Assembly (NCBI RefSeq): GCF_036321535.1
Contig: NC_087437.1
Span: forward strand, 105,650,001 to 105,714,000
Length of the DNA: 64,000 nt
Source of the DNA: Camelus dromedarius
Lineage: Eukaryota
Direction of reading: 5' to 3'
Shown piece by piece: positions 41,423 to 55,744 of this stretch (its first letter is position 1; each line of letters opens with the position of its first letter). The position numbers and the translations under genes are program-made. The notes below the pieces were generated by a model. The model was given only the letters and a program-made list of their open reading frames with translations. It was not told the DNA's origin and made no database searches.

Positions 41423-41904
41423 TGACATCATATTAATATTATAAAAGATATAGTGTATCTTTGAAAGGAAAATGAAAATGGAATCAGTATTGCTGAAAAC
41501 GCTTTCTAAAATGGAGCTGGAAGGCCACTGAGGGAGTGTGACTTATGCATGTCTAAGTACAAGTGGAATCTGTCCTTTTGACCACTCACTGGCTCAAAGA
41601 ACTTATCCAATGTATCTGTACAATGTTTCAGAAACTCAAGATACTTACTAGACCCTTACCGTAAGTAACTCATGACAGTCTTTCCCATAAGGACAAATAT
41701 TTCCTTTTTTCGTTTTTGCATCAATCATAATTCTTGATAGACAACTTTAACAACTTTGTGGTTTTTGCCTTTATAAACACCTAACTCTTTCTTTCCACAG
41801 AACACTCTTTTGGTTTTACCCCAATCTGTGTCTTCCAAATTGTGATTCTAAGACCCTCAAATCAAGTTCTTTGTTCTTTGCAGCCTTGATACTATTATAT
41901 GACA
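41423..41904 (+). mobile_element. Solo LTR, ERV1-like
   Basis: TG...GACA ends, a TATA-like 'ttataaa' near 41771, and an R/U5-like segment 'gaacactcttttggttttacc...tgtgattctaagacc'. Confidence 0.55.
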
Positions 41905-42089
41905 ATGCACGTTAGTAAAATTTGTAGCTAATTAATATAAAAGAATTGAACATTTTCATATATATAATCACTTAATTCAGATTTATAAAAAGTATTTATT
42001 TATATTTTAAAATAACTTAGATTTCCAAACTTGAATTTGTCAATTAATTTTATATTCCTCCATTTCCTTTTCAGTTTTAGGGAAAGCTT

Positions 42090-42113
42090 GTGCGTGTGTG
42101 TGTGTGTGTGTGT
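42090..42113. repeat. (TG)n microsatellite
   Basis: Read directly. Confidence 0.9.
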
Positions 42114-43239
42114 AGACGAAAGGTGAAAAAGTGAAGTTAAAGTATTAATGAAAACAATACAAGCTGATGAACAAGAAATAATATTAAGAGAATTCTAGCT
42201 TCTATGCTATAGTGCAACACTTAAAATATAGTCATCAAAAAACTGAAAACCTAGAACTGACTATGGGGAATCTGTGCTGTGAGAAGTGGAGGCCACGGTG
42301 TAAGGAAGCCTTGGAGAAATCTTCATCAAAACGTCTTTTTCCTTATCCATCCCTGGGATGCCTGGAAATCACATCTCCTATGTTCTGTCTTCTCAGCTTG
42401 TCATTTAAAAATGTTATGATTCTCAGCACTCAGAAAATGATAAAAGGTTCTTTGGATTTGCATCAAGAGACACTTTCCTTATACACTCCCCACACCTATT
42501 TACCCCACTCCTATACACTGATACACAAACATGTTTCTATTCAAAGATCTAAAAACATTGTTCTTGCACTCCATTTCAATTTTCCTGAGCCTGAAACATT
42601 TCTACATGGTTCATGTCTAATCAGAAGGCTCTGTCAGATCACTAAAAGTTCCTCAGCCCTATTTAGTACACCTGGGAGAGTAAAGAGTCATATTAATGAT
42701 GTAGCTTCTTAGTAGAGTGGTTTCTAATCTCATGATTTGGCAGATGGCGATCTTGTCAAAGCAGAGGGTTATGTTGTCACGGAGGAGCCTCTAAATTTCT
42801 CCCTCCTTGTGGTAGGCACACTAAGACTACACAAAGTAAAATGCAAAAATTATATTTTTGAAAGCTACTCCGAATGAAAATCTGAGACTTCTGAGTTTAT
42901 TCTCAGCAGGCAGTGCACCTACTTCTCTGTTCAGCTCTCAGTTCTCTCATCATAAGGTATTAGTCTTGCTCTTTCCAGACAGATTGTTTGAAAACCTTAT
43001 TAGCAAATGATCTAATATTGGAAAGCTTCTAATTCTCTTAACTTTTATGACCTATTTTAAACAAACAAAAAGGAATGGAAGGCAATGTATTGAAGACTTA
43101 TCCACTCACTTTCAAGTTTAGTGAATAAAAATTACAAATACACCTTGAGCCTCCAGTGTACTCTCCCTGCTCTGCTCACTTTACTCCACCTCCAAGACAA
43201 ATACATCCTTAACCTCTTAATCCTCATTCCAAAGCACGT

Positions 43240-44490
43240 ATGCACCGTTACAACATCTGGCTGCACCCAAACATAATTTACGGTACTGTTTACATGTCCA
43301 AAGTTGATGTACAATTTATGGTCCTGATAGCAGCATATGAATGTTTCCATTGCTTGCACATACTCATCAAGGCTTGCTGAATCTAGCAAAATGTTCTATT
43401 GTTGCAATTTTTCTCATTAATAATGAAATAAGTGTCAGTTTTTATAATTATTAGCCATTTGGGGTTCCTCTTTTGCATATTGTTCATTTATATCTTTTGC
43501 TCATTTGCATGTAGGTATCTTTTCTTTATTGCTTCATAGGGCTTTTCACACACTCTGGTTATTAATTTGGATGATTATATTTATTGTATGTATTTCTACC
43601 TAAACTACAGCTTTATTTTTTCCTACGAGGACTTGTCATCATTAGAGTTTTAAATATTAATAGTTATCTTCAAATATGTTCTTTATGATTTGGGCTTTGT
43701 GAAATTTCATATAAAAATATTTCTAGACCAAGGTCATGAAGATATTTTCCTCTTAAATTCCTCTAAAATTTTTAAAATTTTGCCTCTTGTGTATACATTT
43801 TTTATCTACCTAAAGATGATTTTCATGTTTGATCTGACTTCAGAAACCATTTCTTCCTTAGTACAAATAACCTATTGTTCCAAGAGCATTGATTGAACAG
43901 TCCTTTTATTCCCATGTTTCCAACGTCACCTTTATCATGCCTGCAATGACCTCTTCCTAGACTCTGCACTATTCCTGGGGTTTGTCTACTTACAAAAAGC
44001 ACTCACCCTTTCTTAATTTTATAATGAACTATGCTATCTGGATAGCCTCCACATTTTAAAACTTCTTCAATATTGACTTAATTACTCTTGGGCTTCTATA
44101 CTTCCCATAAATTTTAGAATCAGCTTGCCAATTACCACACAAAAAAGATCTTGATCAGAACATAACTGGATGACATTAAATTTATAGATTAGTTCAGGGA
44201 CCGTTGACATCATCATGACATTGATTCTTTCAAAAGCATATGAATGTAGAATAATTTTTCCAGTGAAGATTTGATTTATATTAAGTTGCTCTATATTTTT
44301 GTTCCTATAGTAAAGAGTATATTTTTTCTTAAAAGTATGTTTGTTTGTTTAGCACTAGTGTATAAAAATTTTATATTAATCTTACATATGACAACTTTGT
44401 GAATTCTCTTGCTTATTCTAATAAGTCAGTAGACTCTCAAATTTTATTCTTTTTGATACACAGTTCTATAGTCTGCAAGTAAACAGAGTA
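43240..44490 (-). mobile_element. Old L1 (L1ME-like) ORF2 fragment
   Basis: Antisense motifs 'aattttagaatcagcttgcca', 'acattaaatttatagattagtt' and 'acaactttgtgaattctctt'. Confidence 0.65.
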
Positions 44491-44501
44491 TATTCACCAT
44501 C

Positions 44502-44979
44502 TGTGTATCAGTAAGCTTTTGCTTCTTAACAAGATATTCCAAAACTTAGTGGTTTAAAATAGCAAGTATTTAAATAGCTCATGGTTCTTTGGAAACCAGC
44601 TATCTGGCTGGAAAGTTCTTTTAATCTTGGCTAGATTCACTCCTGTGTACATTTGCTGTCAGCAGCTGGTCAGCAATCTAACTCTTCCTCTGAGGGGTCA
44701 GCCAGGTAGGGTGGTTAATTGGGCCACCCACACCTTTTATCATTCAATGACTAGCTTATAGCGGCTTGCTATATTTCCAAGAGAATAGAAGTGTGTACTG
44801 CCTCTTAAAACCTAGGCTCAGAAGACAATTTCTGTCGTATAGTATTGGCCAAACAAGTCAAAAGGTCAACCCAGACTCAGGAGTGGGGCAGTTGGCTATG
44901 CAACTTGGAAGTAGTTACAAAATCACATTGGCAAAGGGACATGGATACAAGTAAAGAGGGTCATTATAATATATTCCAC
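44502..44979 (-). mobile_element. MLT1-type MaLR LTR
   Basis: 'tgtgtatcag...ccaaaacttagtggtttaaaa...tagctcatggttct...attggccaaacaagtca...cccagactcagg...ccaca'. Confidence 0.75.
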
Positions 44980-47039
44980 AATTCTTCAAGTTTTATTTCC
45001 TTTTCTCTCATGATATTTTAGGTAGATTTCTAGTTCATTTTTATGAAGAAAGGTAATACTCTATTACTTATTCTTTGAGGTTAACTTATGATAATGGTTG
45101 CTAAAAAATTTTTTTGTGGTGGAGGAGATGCGTTATTAGACAAGAGACTTGATTCTCATCATCATACGAACTGATGTTAGCAAAGAGTGTTAGGCTATTC
45201 ATGCCACACAGTCTGTACATTACTTCTCCAATCCATTTTTATGCACAGCTTCTTATGTGTGTGTGTTTTAAATTTTCTTTTTTTATATTTCTTTTTTGAA
45301 TCTCAACTTCTATTCTTCTTTAGGAGAATCTTAATTTATGTATCACGTGTCAGGTCATCTCTTCATATTAGTCAGAGTTCTCCAGAGAAACAGAGTCTGT
45401 GAAAAACTCTAACACAAAGAGATTAAATTTAAAAAAAAAAAATCGTCTGTGTGTTTATTAATTTGGTCTTCGGATGCTCCTACATGTCAGTCAGTCAGCC
45501 TGCCAACAGTGTATTTTATGCACCACAGTGTAATAGAAATTAAAAATAAAGCAGCTGACAAATAATATGATTCCTGCTCTCACAAAGTGTACATTCAGAG
45601 AAGTAACATATAATTATACTTTGGGAAAAAACAGACAGTCACCTTAAAGGCTTGAGAGCATTTCTTGGTATTTTCCATGCATGCAGTCTGAAAGTCCATA
45701 AGCAGATTGCTTTAGCATAGCATGCTGGTCCTTGGAAGCCTTTGGACTCGGGCTTTCAAATTTTTCTCAAACTATTTTAAAAAAACCTGAGCTAGAAGCA
45801 AAAAAAGGGTTGATCATCCTTAAAAATTATCAGTAGTGCTACCTTTATTTTTAGATCAAATTTAACAATTTATATTGAGTCCAAATTTATCTACTGCTCT
45901 TTTAAATTTAGATTTTTTCCAGTGGTGACGATTGTCATAGGTGGGTGCTCAAGGCATTTAGAAAGAGAACAGTGAAGCTGAAAGTCTGAGTTTGCACAGC
46001 TCAGCTGAGAATGGCTCCTCTCATACTTGAGATCACATCCTAGTATCTGATTACGGTAACTCTCAGCAGCCTGGACTGCCAAGGGGAATTTGATTGTCTC
46101 AATCTTATTAGCCTGGGAATTCCTCAAGGGCCAGAGTACTTGGTTCTCTTTCACCGTCCCTGTCCCATCCTAGTGCACGTCCTGGTACCTATTCAGTGAT
46201 ATCTGGTAAACAAATATAGGAACAAATTTCGTGTATGTTAATATCCATGAAAGAACTGCTTTCTCCTGCCAGTTTATTTTGGTTTATAGACACTTTGAAA
46301 ATGTTAATAACATGATTTCTGGACATCACAAATGCAAGGGCATGCATATCCCCAGTCTACTTCCAAATATAATTTCTGAGTAATATTTTTACATAAGGAG
46401 AGGAAAAACAACACTTATTCTCAATGCAACCCTCTCAGTCCCCTGCGAAGAGGGTAACATTGGGGAAATTATTGTGGGAAAAATTCACTTCAACTGAATA
46501 CGCCAGAAGTTTGCTCTTTGTCACGGCTGTTTTTATTCCATGTCATCTCTGAGTATTTTGCAACTTCTTGCACATCTTTGAATGTGGGTCTCCTTCTCCT
46601 TTTCAAAAATGGAATTATTTTGAAAGAGAACATGTAGGTTTTAAAGTATAGCATGGAATGGAAATTTAAAATAATTCATAATTGCATCCAGTTTGGGGGT
46701 TTTCCATTAATAATTCTCTGTATTTAAGTCTTTCTTCACTTTTCAAATATTTTTATTTATAATTTGAGAAATGATGAATCTGAAACTTGGTATTTTTATG
46801 CGAGTCAATGTCACTGGTATTGCTTCATTTTTTTAGCTTATTTTAATAGTAAAGAATTCATATTTACTATGCATGACTATGAATTAACTTTGAAATTCTC
46901 ACTAAGAAAGTTTAGTTTATGATCATTTTATTAAATGTTTATTTAGCAGGTTAATTTTCTACCTGTATTCATTTGTGCATTTTAATTTATTGTTAGATAG
47001 TTCTTAACCACCTCCACACATTTAAAATTATCCAGATTT

Positions 47040-50000
47040 TTAAATCAGCTTTATTGAGACATAATTTTAAGACACTAAAATTTACCAGTTTTCACCGTAA
47101 AAGTCAATATATGGATACATTTGGTAGCCACTAGTAGAAAATCTCCATCACTCTCAAAATTTTTACTTCCTCCCCCTTTAATGGACAATCATCTCTCCCC
47201 ACATCCCTGAACCTGGCAAATTCTGATCTTCTTCCTAAAATAATAGTTTTGTCTTTTAAAAAATATTTGTATATAAAGAAAATCATATGGTATGAAGCCT
47301 TTTGTGTTTGGCTTCTTTTGCATAGCATGATGTTTTAGAAAAGCAACCATATTGATGTTTATGTCAGTCATTCATCTTCTTTTATTTCTGAGTAGTGTGA
47401 CATTGGATGGATACACTACAAATTATCTATTCACCAGCTGAGGGACATCTGGTTTCTTTCCCATTTGGCTGTTACAAATAAAGCTACCATGAACATTCAC
47501 TTCAAATTTCTGTGTGGTTATAGGTTTTTATTTTTCTTGGTTAGGCATTTAGGGACAGAATTATTGGATCATATAGTAAGCACACGTTTCAACTTACAAG
47601 ATCTAATTCACTGTGGTTATTGTTTTGCTCTTCCCTAATGACTAAACTTATCAAGCATTTGTAAATGTGTTTATTTACTATTCCTATATGTTCTCTGGTG
47701 AAATGTCTGTTCAAATCCGGAATGTTTTCCCAATTTGTCATCTTTTTTTTCTCTTCTTTTATGTTGTCGCAAAATATATACTCTTAATCTATTCTACATT
47801 CAAGTTTCATTTTCAGAAAAGCAATTTGCAAGTATATTCTTCCAGTCTGTGGCTTGTTTTTTTTTTTCCATTGGCTTCACACTGACTTTTGAAGAGAAAA
47901 AAAGTGTTAAATTTTTATGAAGTCTAATTTATCCCTTTTTTATTGTATACTTTTTTATGTCTTAAGATTGGTTTGCCTAGCCAAAATTTACTAAGATTTT
48001 TTTCTTATTTTTTTCTGGAAGGATCATACATGTTTCCCTTGCATTTAGGTTGATCTTTCATTTTGTGTTTAACTTCTGTATATATTTTAAAATTATACTC
48101 GAAGTTAAATTTTTGCACACTGATATCCAGTTATTCCAAGCAGCACCTGTGGAAGAGATTACCCTTTCCTCCATTGAGCTGCCTTGAAAACTATGTTAAA
48201 AATCCATTGAACATATAATTATTGGTCTATATATGGATTTTGTATATGGTTTCATTGATCATGTCAATGTTTACACCAATTCCAACAGTATCTTGAAGGC
48301 AGATAGTCTAAGTTCTCCATTTTGATACTCTTTTTTTCACAAAAATTTTGGTTATTCTAGATCTGGTGAATTTCCATGACATTTTGTAATTAGATTGACC
48401 ATTTTACCAAAAAAAAAAAAAAAATCCTGTTGGTGTTTTAATTTGGGTTTCTTTGAATCTGTAGGTGAACTTGAGAATTGCTATCTTAACAATACTGGGT
48501 CTTGTCATCTTTGAACATGGTCTATGCCTTTATTTAGGTTTTCCTAATTTTTTTACGGGTTTCCATGTACGAGTTTTGTACAACTTCTCTTAATTTTATC
48601 CCTAACATTTTCACACATTTGATGAAATTGTAAATGGTAATTTTTTACATTTCAATGTCCATATTTTTCTGAGTAGACAGAAATAAAATTAATATGTGTA
48701 TAATGACCTAGTTGGATGCTATGGACTTCTTAAATCATATAATTTTTAGAAGATTATTTTTAGTTTCACTGAGTTAACTATATATGTGATCATAATCTGC
48801 AAATAGCACAGTTTTACCTTTTTTCATTTCAACTTGTATACCTTTTGCTTCTCTTCTTGCCTTATTTCACTTTTATGATCCTCCTTAAGCACACTACTGA
48901 GTAGTGGTGGTGAGAGAGAACAAAGCAGGTGAAAACAATTAGCACTACAATATACAAGATTTTAGTACTTTTCCTTTACCAGGTTGAGGATGTGTTCTTC
49001 TAGCGCTAGTAGCTGAGAGAGCTTTTCAGGAATGGATTTTGAATGTCATCAAATGTTTTTCCTACATTTATTGAAATGATTTTTGTTTTTGTTCTTAGTA
49101 TGTTAATATGGTGAATTACATTGTTTGATTTTCAAATGTTAGCACAATTTGCAGTTCTTGGGCAAATCCCACGTAGACACATTCTCTTTTTTGATATATA
49201 TTCATATATATAATATATATATGCAAAATTAGTTGCCCGTAATATTTTTCTTTTGCCTTAAGAACTTTAACTTTTTTTTGTAATGTATGTCTACTGGAAA
49301 TCAATTATTTCAGCAGTTTTTCTGAAGAAGTCTTTATTTTGTCTTCCTTTTTGAGATACAGTTTATAGATTATAATTTTAAGTTGATAATTGTGTTTTAA
49401 TTCCCACTGTATTTTTACTTTTTTTATTTTTATTTTTTTGGAGAGGGAGGTAATTAGGTTTATTTATTTAATGGAGGCACTGAGAATTGAAGCCAGAACT
49501 TTATGCATGCTAGACATAAACTGTACCTCTGAGCTACGCCCTTCCCTGCCGCTGTATTTTTAAAGTATCTCTTGGTTATCTTTCAGCCTGCAGTTTCTGA
49601 TGAGAAGATTGTGATTATTGTTATCTTTGTTCTATTATTTCTTTTTCCCTGGATTTATGTTCAAAGATATCATCTTTATTAGTGATTACTAACAATTTTA
49701 TTCTTATAAGGCTTGATGCAGTTTTCTTGATGTTCTTCGTGATTTTTTTTTAACTTTTCAGATTTTTTATTTTTTTTCATTAAATTTGGAAAATTTCAGC
49801 TAATATTTTTTCAAATAATTTTCTGTCCACCTTTTTTTTTGTAACTTCAGTTATGTGTACAATAAGCTGATTGATATTGTTATAAAGACCTGCTCCTATG
49901 TAGGAGCTCTGCTAATATTTCTGTTTCAGGACTTTTTCTTGTGTTTCATTTGGATAGTTTTGATTTCTATGTATTCATATTCACTGATCTTTTATTCTGA

Positions 50001-51050
50001 AATTTCTAATCTCCTGTTAATATCATGCAAAGCATTTTTCATTTCAGATAGGACATGTCACCTGTAGAACTTCGATTGTATTGATTTCACATCTTCCATT
50101 TTGCTACCTATGTTCATTTTTTCTATACCATATTGAAAATATGGACTATACTTAGATGTTTTAATGTACTTTGCTAATTCTGTAATCTTTTAAATTTCTG
50201 GGCCTACTTCTATTTGCTACATTTTCCTCAGGATGTTGACCATATTTTCCTGCTTCCTTTCATGGTTGTTATTTTTTGTTTGGAAGTTGAGCACTGTGGA
50301 CTCTATGTTTTTGTTTCTTGAGTATTTTTGATAGTCCTTTGAATATTGTTGGGTTTTGTTCTGGGACAGTTAAGATACCTGGAATCAGTTTGACCTTTTT
50401 AAGACTTGCTTCTAAGCTTTGTTAGGATGGTCAAGAAAAGCACTTAATATAGATTTAATTTCTCCTTATTACTAATGCAGTACTATTTTGAGGTCTACAC
50501 ACTATGCCCTTTGTATTAGTAAGTCTTTCCACTCTGACTGGCTGGAATATTAACTTTTCCCAACTCTTTGTGAGCTACAAGCATACTTTCACTTAATCCT
50601 TTCCAAGATTTCATTCCCTAACCTCAGATCGTGCCCTCTCATGCGTGTAAAGTTCAGTACTCAGACAAAAATGAGGGGTTTCCCCATTACAAATATCCAG
50701 CGCTCACTTTCTGTCAGTCTTTCTCCTCTCTAGAATTTTGAACTCTGCATTTTAACCACCTTGGTCTTCCAAACTCTAAACTCTGTCTCCTCAACTCAGC
50801 AAGAATTCCAAGCTCTGACTGGCCCCCCACGCTCTGCATGGAAACTATCAAAGCAGTAAGCTGGACCAATATTGGGGCTCATCTCATTTATTTTCCTCTA
50901 TTCAAGGATCACTTTCTTGTACTGCCTTTTGCCTGCTGTTCAGTATCTTAAAAATCATTGTTTCATATATTTTGTCTGTTTTTCTTTTTCTGAGTTTGGA
51001 AATAAATTTGGTTTCTATTACTCTGTCTTCACTGCAAACAGAAGCCAAAT
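47040..51050 (-). mobile_element. Long decayed L1 (L1MC/MD-like) with internal deletions
   Basis: The 3' terminus 'cagctttattgagacataatt' is followed by antisense 3' UTR, ORF2-like and 5'-region motifs. It may be several fragments. Confidence 0.75.
49418..49548 (-). mobile_element. tRNA-derived SINE (camelid type)
   Basis: The minus strand carries a tRNA-like head (A-box-like 'gtagctcagagg' and a degenerate B-box) and an A-rich tail. 14-bp TSD ccactgtattttta (49404-49417) / ccgctgtattttta (49549-49562). Confidence 0.85.
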
Positions 51051-51098
51051 TTTTAAAAAACATGTTAAAGTATTTATTTTTTCTATTTATAATTTTGC

Positions 51099-51100
51099 TA

Positions 51101-51123
<23 letters not shown>
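51099..51123. repeat. (TA)n microsatellite
   Basis: Read directly. Confidence 0.9.
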
Positions 51124-51132
<9 letters not shown>

Positions 51133-51159
51133 CTTCTATTCACAGTGAGAGTCTGTATA

Positions 51160-51320
51160 TTATAAATGTTAAGATGTCAAACTGCCTGGGTTTAAATCTC
51201 TACCAGTTTCTCATTAGGTGACCTTAGATGGGCTTCTTAACACTGTGTCTCAGTAGCTCCTCGTAGAGTTGTAATATGATTAAATTAGTTAACACATAAA
51301 GTACTTAAAACCATGTCTGT
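51160..51320 (+). mobile_element. MIR
   Basis: 'actgcctgggtttaaatc...gtgaccttag...cttaacactgtgtctcag...attaaattagttaacacataaagtactta'. Confidence 0.65.
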
Positions 51321-51559
51321 CATATATTATTATCTTTAATTCTGTTATCTAGCCATTTATCTTTAAATCAGGAAATCTAAACCAATTTTTAGTATCATGA
51401 TATTTGTGAACATACTTTGTATTTTGTCTTTATGATTTTTAGTCCATTTTTGAATAAGTTATTTCAGTATTTGAATATAAAGTATCTCACAAATCTTTTG
51501 TCTCTTTTTTAATGCATTATATACATAATTCCTTAGCTAAATAATATATACATATAACT

Positions 51560-51738
51560 TCAATGAATCTTCAAGACAATCCTATGAGATAAATACTATA
51601 GATAGTTACACTCTACAAATGTAGAGACTGTAGTTTAGAAAGGGTAGATGATCTCCCCTAGGTCCTACAGCTGTTTCACAAACACTAAGGTACGAACCCA
51701 GTTCTCAGTGTGTCCAGAACCTGAGTTGGTACAGCTAT
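51560..51738 (-). mobile_element. MIR
   Basis: 'aatcttcaagacaatcctatgagataaatacta...tacaaatgtagagactg...ggtcctacagct'. Confidence 0.6.
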
Positions 51739-52699
51739 GTGATACCATTTTTTATTAAATGTAACCTAAGTAGAGTAAACTTAATTCCAGTTTTGCTTTG
51801 CATGGTTCTGCTTCATATCCGTCACTATGGCTTAATTTTTACAGTGTCCATTCACGGTCACTTGCGAGAAATTCCAGCTTGTTTGATAAATTGTATGCTC
51901 ACTCTATTTATAACAGGTATTATTGACTGACATGATTTACAATAAGTATCTAAAATCTAGGGAGAGATTTATACAATTAAAGAAGGTGAAGTCTGTAATG
52001 TCATTTACCAATGCTTCACTGATTTTTATCACTTTGACTTTTAGAGAAAAATGACATAATATGACACTTAACAGAGATTTGTCAGAATTTAGTGATTTGT
52101 TTTTTAGCAATTCCAGTTCTGCTGCTTGGTACCAAATGAGACAGACACTGAAGGATAGAGATTAAATGGAGTGAACTTTGTCAAATGCTCAACACTCCTT
52201 TTTTGCTTCCTCAGCTTTGTCTGAGAGAGAAATACAATAATCGAAATTTTTCAGCAAGAATCAGTAATTAAGTGGCTTTTTTGGGGATGGAAACATGGAA
52301 CAAAGAAAGATGCGAATGGCAAGAGAAAATAAATAGAACTAGTATAAAAGAGAATTGAAGAGCCAACAGAGTTTTAATCATGTCAGAACTGTACTTTTAA
52401 AGAAAAGCACTAGACATATAAACAATCCAGGCATTCATTTCAGTCACTCTTAAACAGGTCTAATGGAATATTTAGTAATATCCTATGCAAATGTGAAAAA
52501 AGATGGTGAAAACAAAGTTGAAATGTTCCCAGGAGAAAGATCACTGTGTTATTAAAGGTTGTTTGAATTATTTATCTGTGAAGTGAAGGACAACACTGGG
52601 CTTTTCAACTGAAGGAAATACTGAATGATATGCTAGTAATTAATGAATAGCTTAGGGACTGTCATGGAGTAAATGGAATAAAACTACCTACTTGGGGGG

Positions 52700-52843
52700 T
52701 CTTTGCCATGCTGTTCCTTTTGCTTGGAGACCTTTCTCAAAATATGCACATCGCTCCCCTTATCTCTATCACTAAAACGTCACCTTCTCAGTGAGGACTT
52801 CCACAGCCACCCTATTTAAATTCCTAAATCCTGTGCACATGTG

Positions 52844-52884
<41 letters not shown>

Positions 52885-53075
52885 TCTGGCCCCCATCTCT
52901 GTATTGGCCCACTTCCCTTGTAATTCCACCTAATATGGTATCTATTTTTCTTATTTTTCTTGTTTATGATCTTAAACCTACTAAAATGTGAAGACCATGA
53001 AAGCATGGATTTATATTTATTTTATTCACTGTTAATCACCAGCACTTAGGTCAGTATCTGGTCGTGCTCAGTCAA
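52700..53075. mobile_element. L2 3' region containing a (CA)n tract
   Basis: 'gctgttccttttgcttgga...tcaccttctcagtgagg...ccacagccaccctatttaaa...attcactgtt...cagcactta'. CA tract at about 52843-52882. Confidence 0.65.
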
Positions 53076-53174
53076 TTCCAACTTGTAAGTATAAAGCAAA
53101 CATATTTATGAGAACAGCCACACCACATGAATGTAGGCACAAGTAAGTCTACTGTAGGTGATTTAAAGGTGAAG

Positions 53175-53610
53175 AAGAGATGGTTTCTGCTTCCACATGT
53201 AAGAGCTTGGAAGCCATCACTTCTGTCCTTACTGCAAGTAAAATCTCAAAACACTGAAAATCTACAACACTTCTTAGATCTATTAGAATATTGAGGTCAT
53301 GGGTACACTGCCAACCTGAAAAACTGGAGAAAACCAAATACAGAGAATCACAGCCTCCTTAAGCAGAAGGTACTGGAGCTAAGTGACAAGAAGACTTAAA
53401 TAGTAATCAACAAATTGCTGGTGATTCCATGTGAACCACAGTTAAAACTACTGAGGCCCAGTCCAGGGGACTCCCACACTTTTGTGAGTTTTACCTCCAA
53501 GAGCTCTATTAGGTTATCACAGGTAATATCAGAGAAGTATCCCCTTGTGCTCAGGCTAGTAAAGAAGGAAATTTTTTAATAAATGAAGGAGGAAACTAAC
53601 CATTTCAATA
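53175..53610 (+). mobile_element. Old L1 5'-end fragment
   Basis: 'tttctgcttcca...gagcttggaagccatcact...cttcttagatct...gaggtcatggg' resembles L1MC/MD 5' ends (recalled). Confidence 0.45.
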
Positions 53611-54647
53611 AACTTAAAACATTAAGCTCTGCTTGATTATCTGATTTTTCTGATGGCCATTTTTCTGAAATTTGACAGTTGAGAATGAATCAATTAGGTA
53701 AGTGTAGATAAAATATTTACAGTGGAAAATGATACAAGTTAAAAGCAAACAATCCATATTTTGATATTGTACATTTTTTGCATACTTGTATGAACTGTCT
53801 TTAGAATAGTGATGTTGGATGTGGAGAAATGATGTTACAATCATCCAACTATAAAGTACATTAAAGTGCAGAAATAAGGTTTTCTGAGAAACATGAATAA
53901 AAAAACATATTTTTAGACCACTGTTGTTTTTTTCTCCTCTGGGATTTCTATGGTTTACTTATTGAGACAGAAAATATGTATCGTGTCTCTTTGCTTTGCT
54001 TTGTTTATTAATTTTGTCTTTCTACTTCATCCACCTCACTAGTAAGTTAACAGAAGTGAAATATATTTTTCTTTTATGCCATCATAAAGAAAGAGAACTT
54101 AAATAGTTCTGGATTGTTTGCAAAGGGTTTTTACAATTATTTAAATCAATATTCTCTGAAGTAATACTCCATTACTGTTGAGGATTGTGTCAATGTGAAG
54201 TGTATACAATGCAAATCCTTAGACTTATTGAGCAAGAAGAGATCTGGATATTAGTAACTAACAGTTTTCAACCCTGGCTGTAGGTTGAAATCACTTTTTG
54301 AAGCCACATCTCCTAGAGTTAGATCTTGGCTTCTCCACAGATGATTCTGACTTACAGTGATACTTTGCCATTGCTGACATAATTCATCTGCTATATACTG
54401 CATCTTGGGAAACAGATTCCCAGAAGTCATGTTTTCATTCAAGGGTATCAAGCTAGTATATGGTGGTTGTAAAGTTATAACCCATGATTTCTGATGTCAA
54501 AGAAAGAATCTTCAATAAATAAATGATGAAAATAAAGTTGATGCTATAATCCACATTTTGAAATATTTATATCACTAGTTGACTTAGGTCATGGTTGCAG
54601 TCCTTAGGTTAACCTGTTAACCTTAAAATATTCTGACTTCTGTATAT

Positions 54648-54977
54648 CAAGGATCAAGTGACAGTAACCTGTAGCCAAATTGATCCTGCCACACATTTTT
54701 GTGTAGCCTGTGAGCTATGAATTGTTTTTGTATTTTTAATCGTTAGACAAATTTTTGGGAAGTATCATTTGTGGGGCACCTGAAAATTATATGTAATGAA
54801 ATTTCAGTGTCTATAAATAAAATTTTCTTAGAAAAGCCATGCTCATTCAGTTCTGTGTTGTCTATGGTTACCTTCACGTCACAGTAGCAGAGCTGAAAAG
54901 CAACAGAGATCACAGTGCCCACAAAGCAGAGCATATTTACTATCTAGACTGGTCCAGAAAAGGTTTGCCAACTCTTG
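54648..54977 (+). mobile_element. MER58B-like hAT element
   Basis: 'tttttgtgtagcctgtgagcta...aaatttcagtgtctataaataaa...atatttactatct...aggtttgccaactcttg'. Shares its 3' part with the MER58A-like element near 7500. Confidence 0.75.
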
Positions 54978-55744
54978 CTTTTGAACGAAGTTAAAGTTCT
55001 GAATCTGTGCCAATTAGTGGGTGTGTGCAATTATGCAGCATATGGGGTAGTTGAATGCATTCTTGGGCGTTCTCCTCTGTGTTCCTTTAATGCTATTCAT
55101 TACTCTATTTGACTTTTATTGTGCTTTGGTGTTGATGTGTTAAAGATTAATGATCCACTTATCCAAAATCAAGATTCAAAGCAACATAAAGCATAGAGTA
55201 GAAGGCATGATGGTTAAGGATTTTGTTTTTGTTTTTGTTTTCCCTCTGGAGAAATCCTGAAGATTTTATGTGTAAGAAATTTAAGTAGTTATAGCAAACT
55301 TCCCAAGGATGCATGGCTCTGCTGCATTCTTGTTATAAAGCTGACAGTACCCCTATGCTATCACACTTGGGAAAAAAATATGACAAGCTGACTTGCAGTG
55401 TCAGTCATTTTGGGTTTAATTGAGAAATAAGTGTACATAGTATTTGCATATGACTCTAGGTGAGAAAGATAACTTCAAAACTGAGTGCTTAATGAGATGT
55501 TAGTGACTGTCACAAAACAATGTGGGTCTTTGTCCCCAGCACAAGATAATATTTGGTAATAGATTATAAACTGTTGATGGGTTCCCAGTACAAATGCAGC
55601 TACTGAATAATCAACACTTGCAGTGGTTAACATGCTATGGGATAGTAAGGATGGGTTCCTGTTGATTTTATGAACAGGAGTCAACTTTTACCCATTAGGA
55701 TTAAAACAACAATGACAACAACAGTAATAACAATATGGGCAGCA

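Noticed and set aside
42212..42712. 166-aa ORF
   Set aside because: Non-ATG start, no recognisable motif and no convincing splice context. Consistent with chance.
49490..49548. tRNA-like sequence
   Set aside because: It is the head of a SINE with an A-tail and TSD, degenerate and without an intact cloverleaf.
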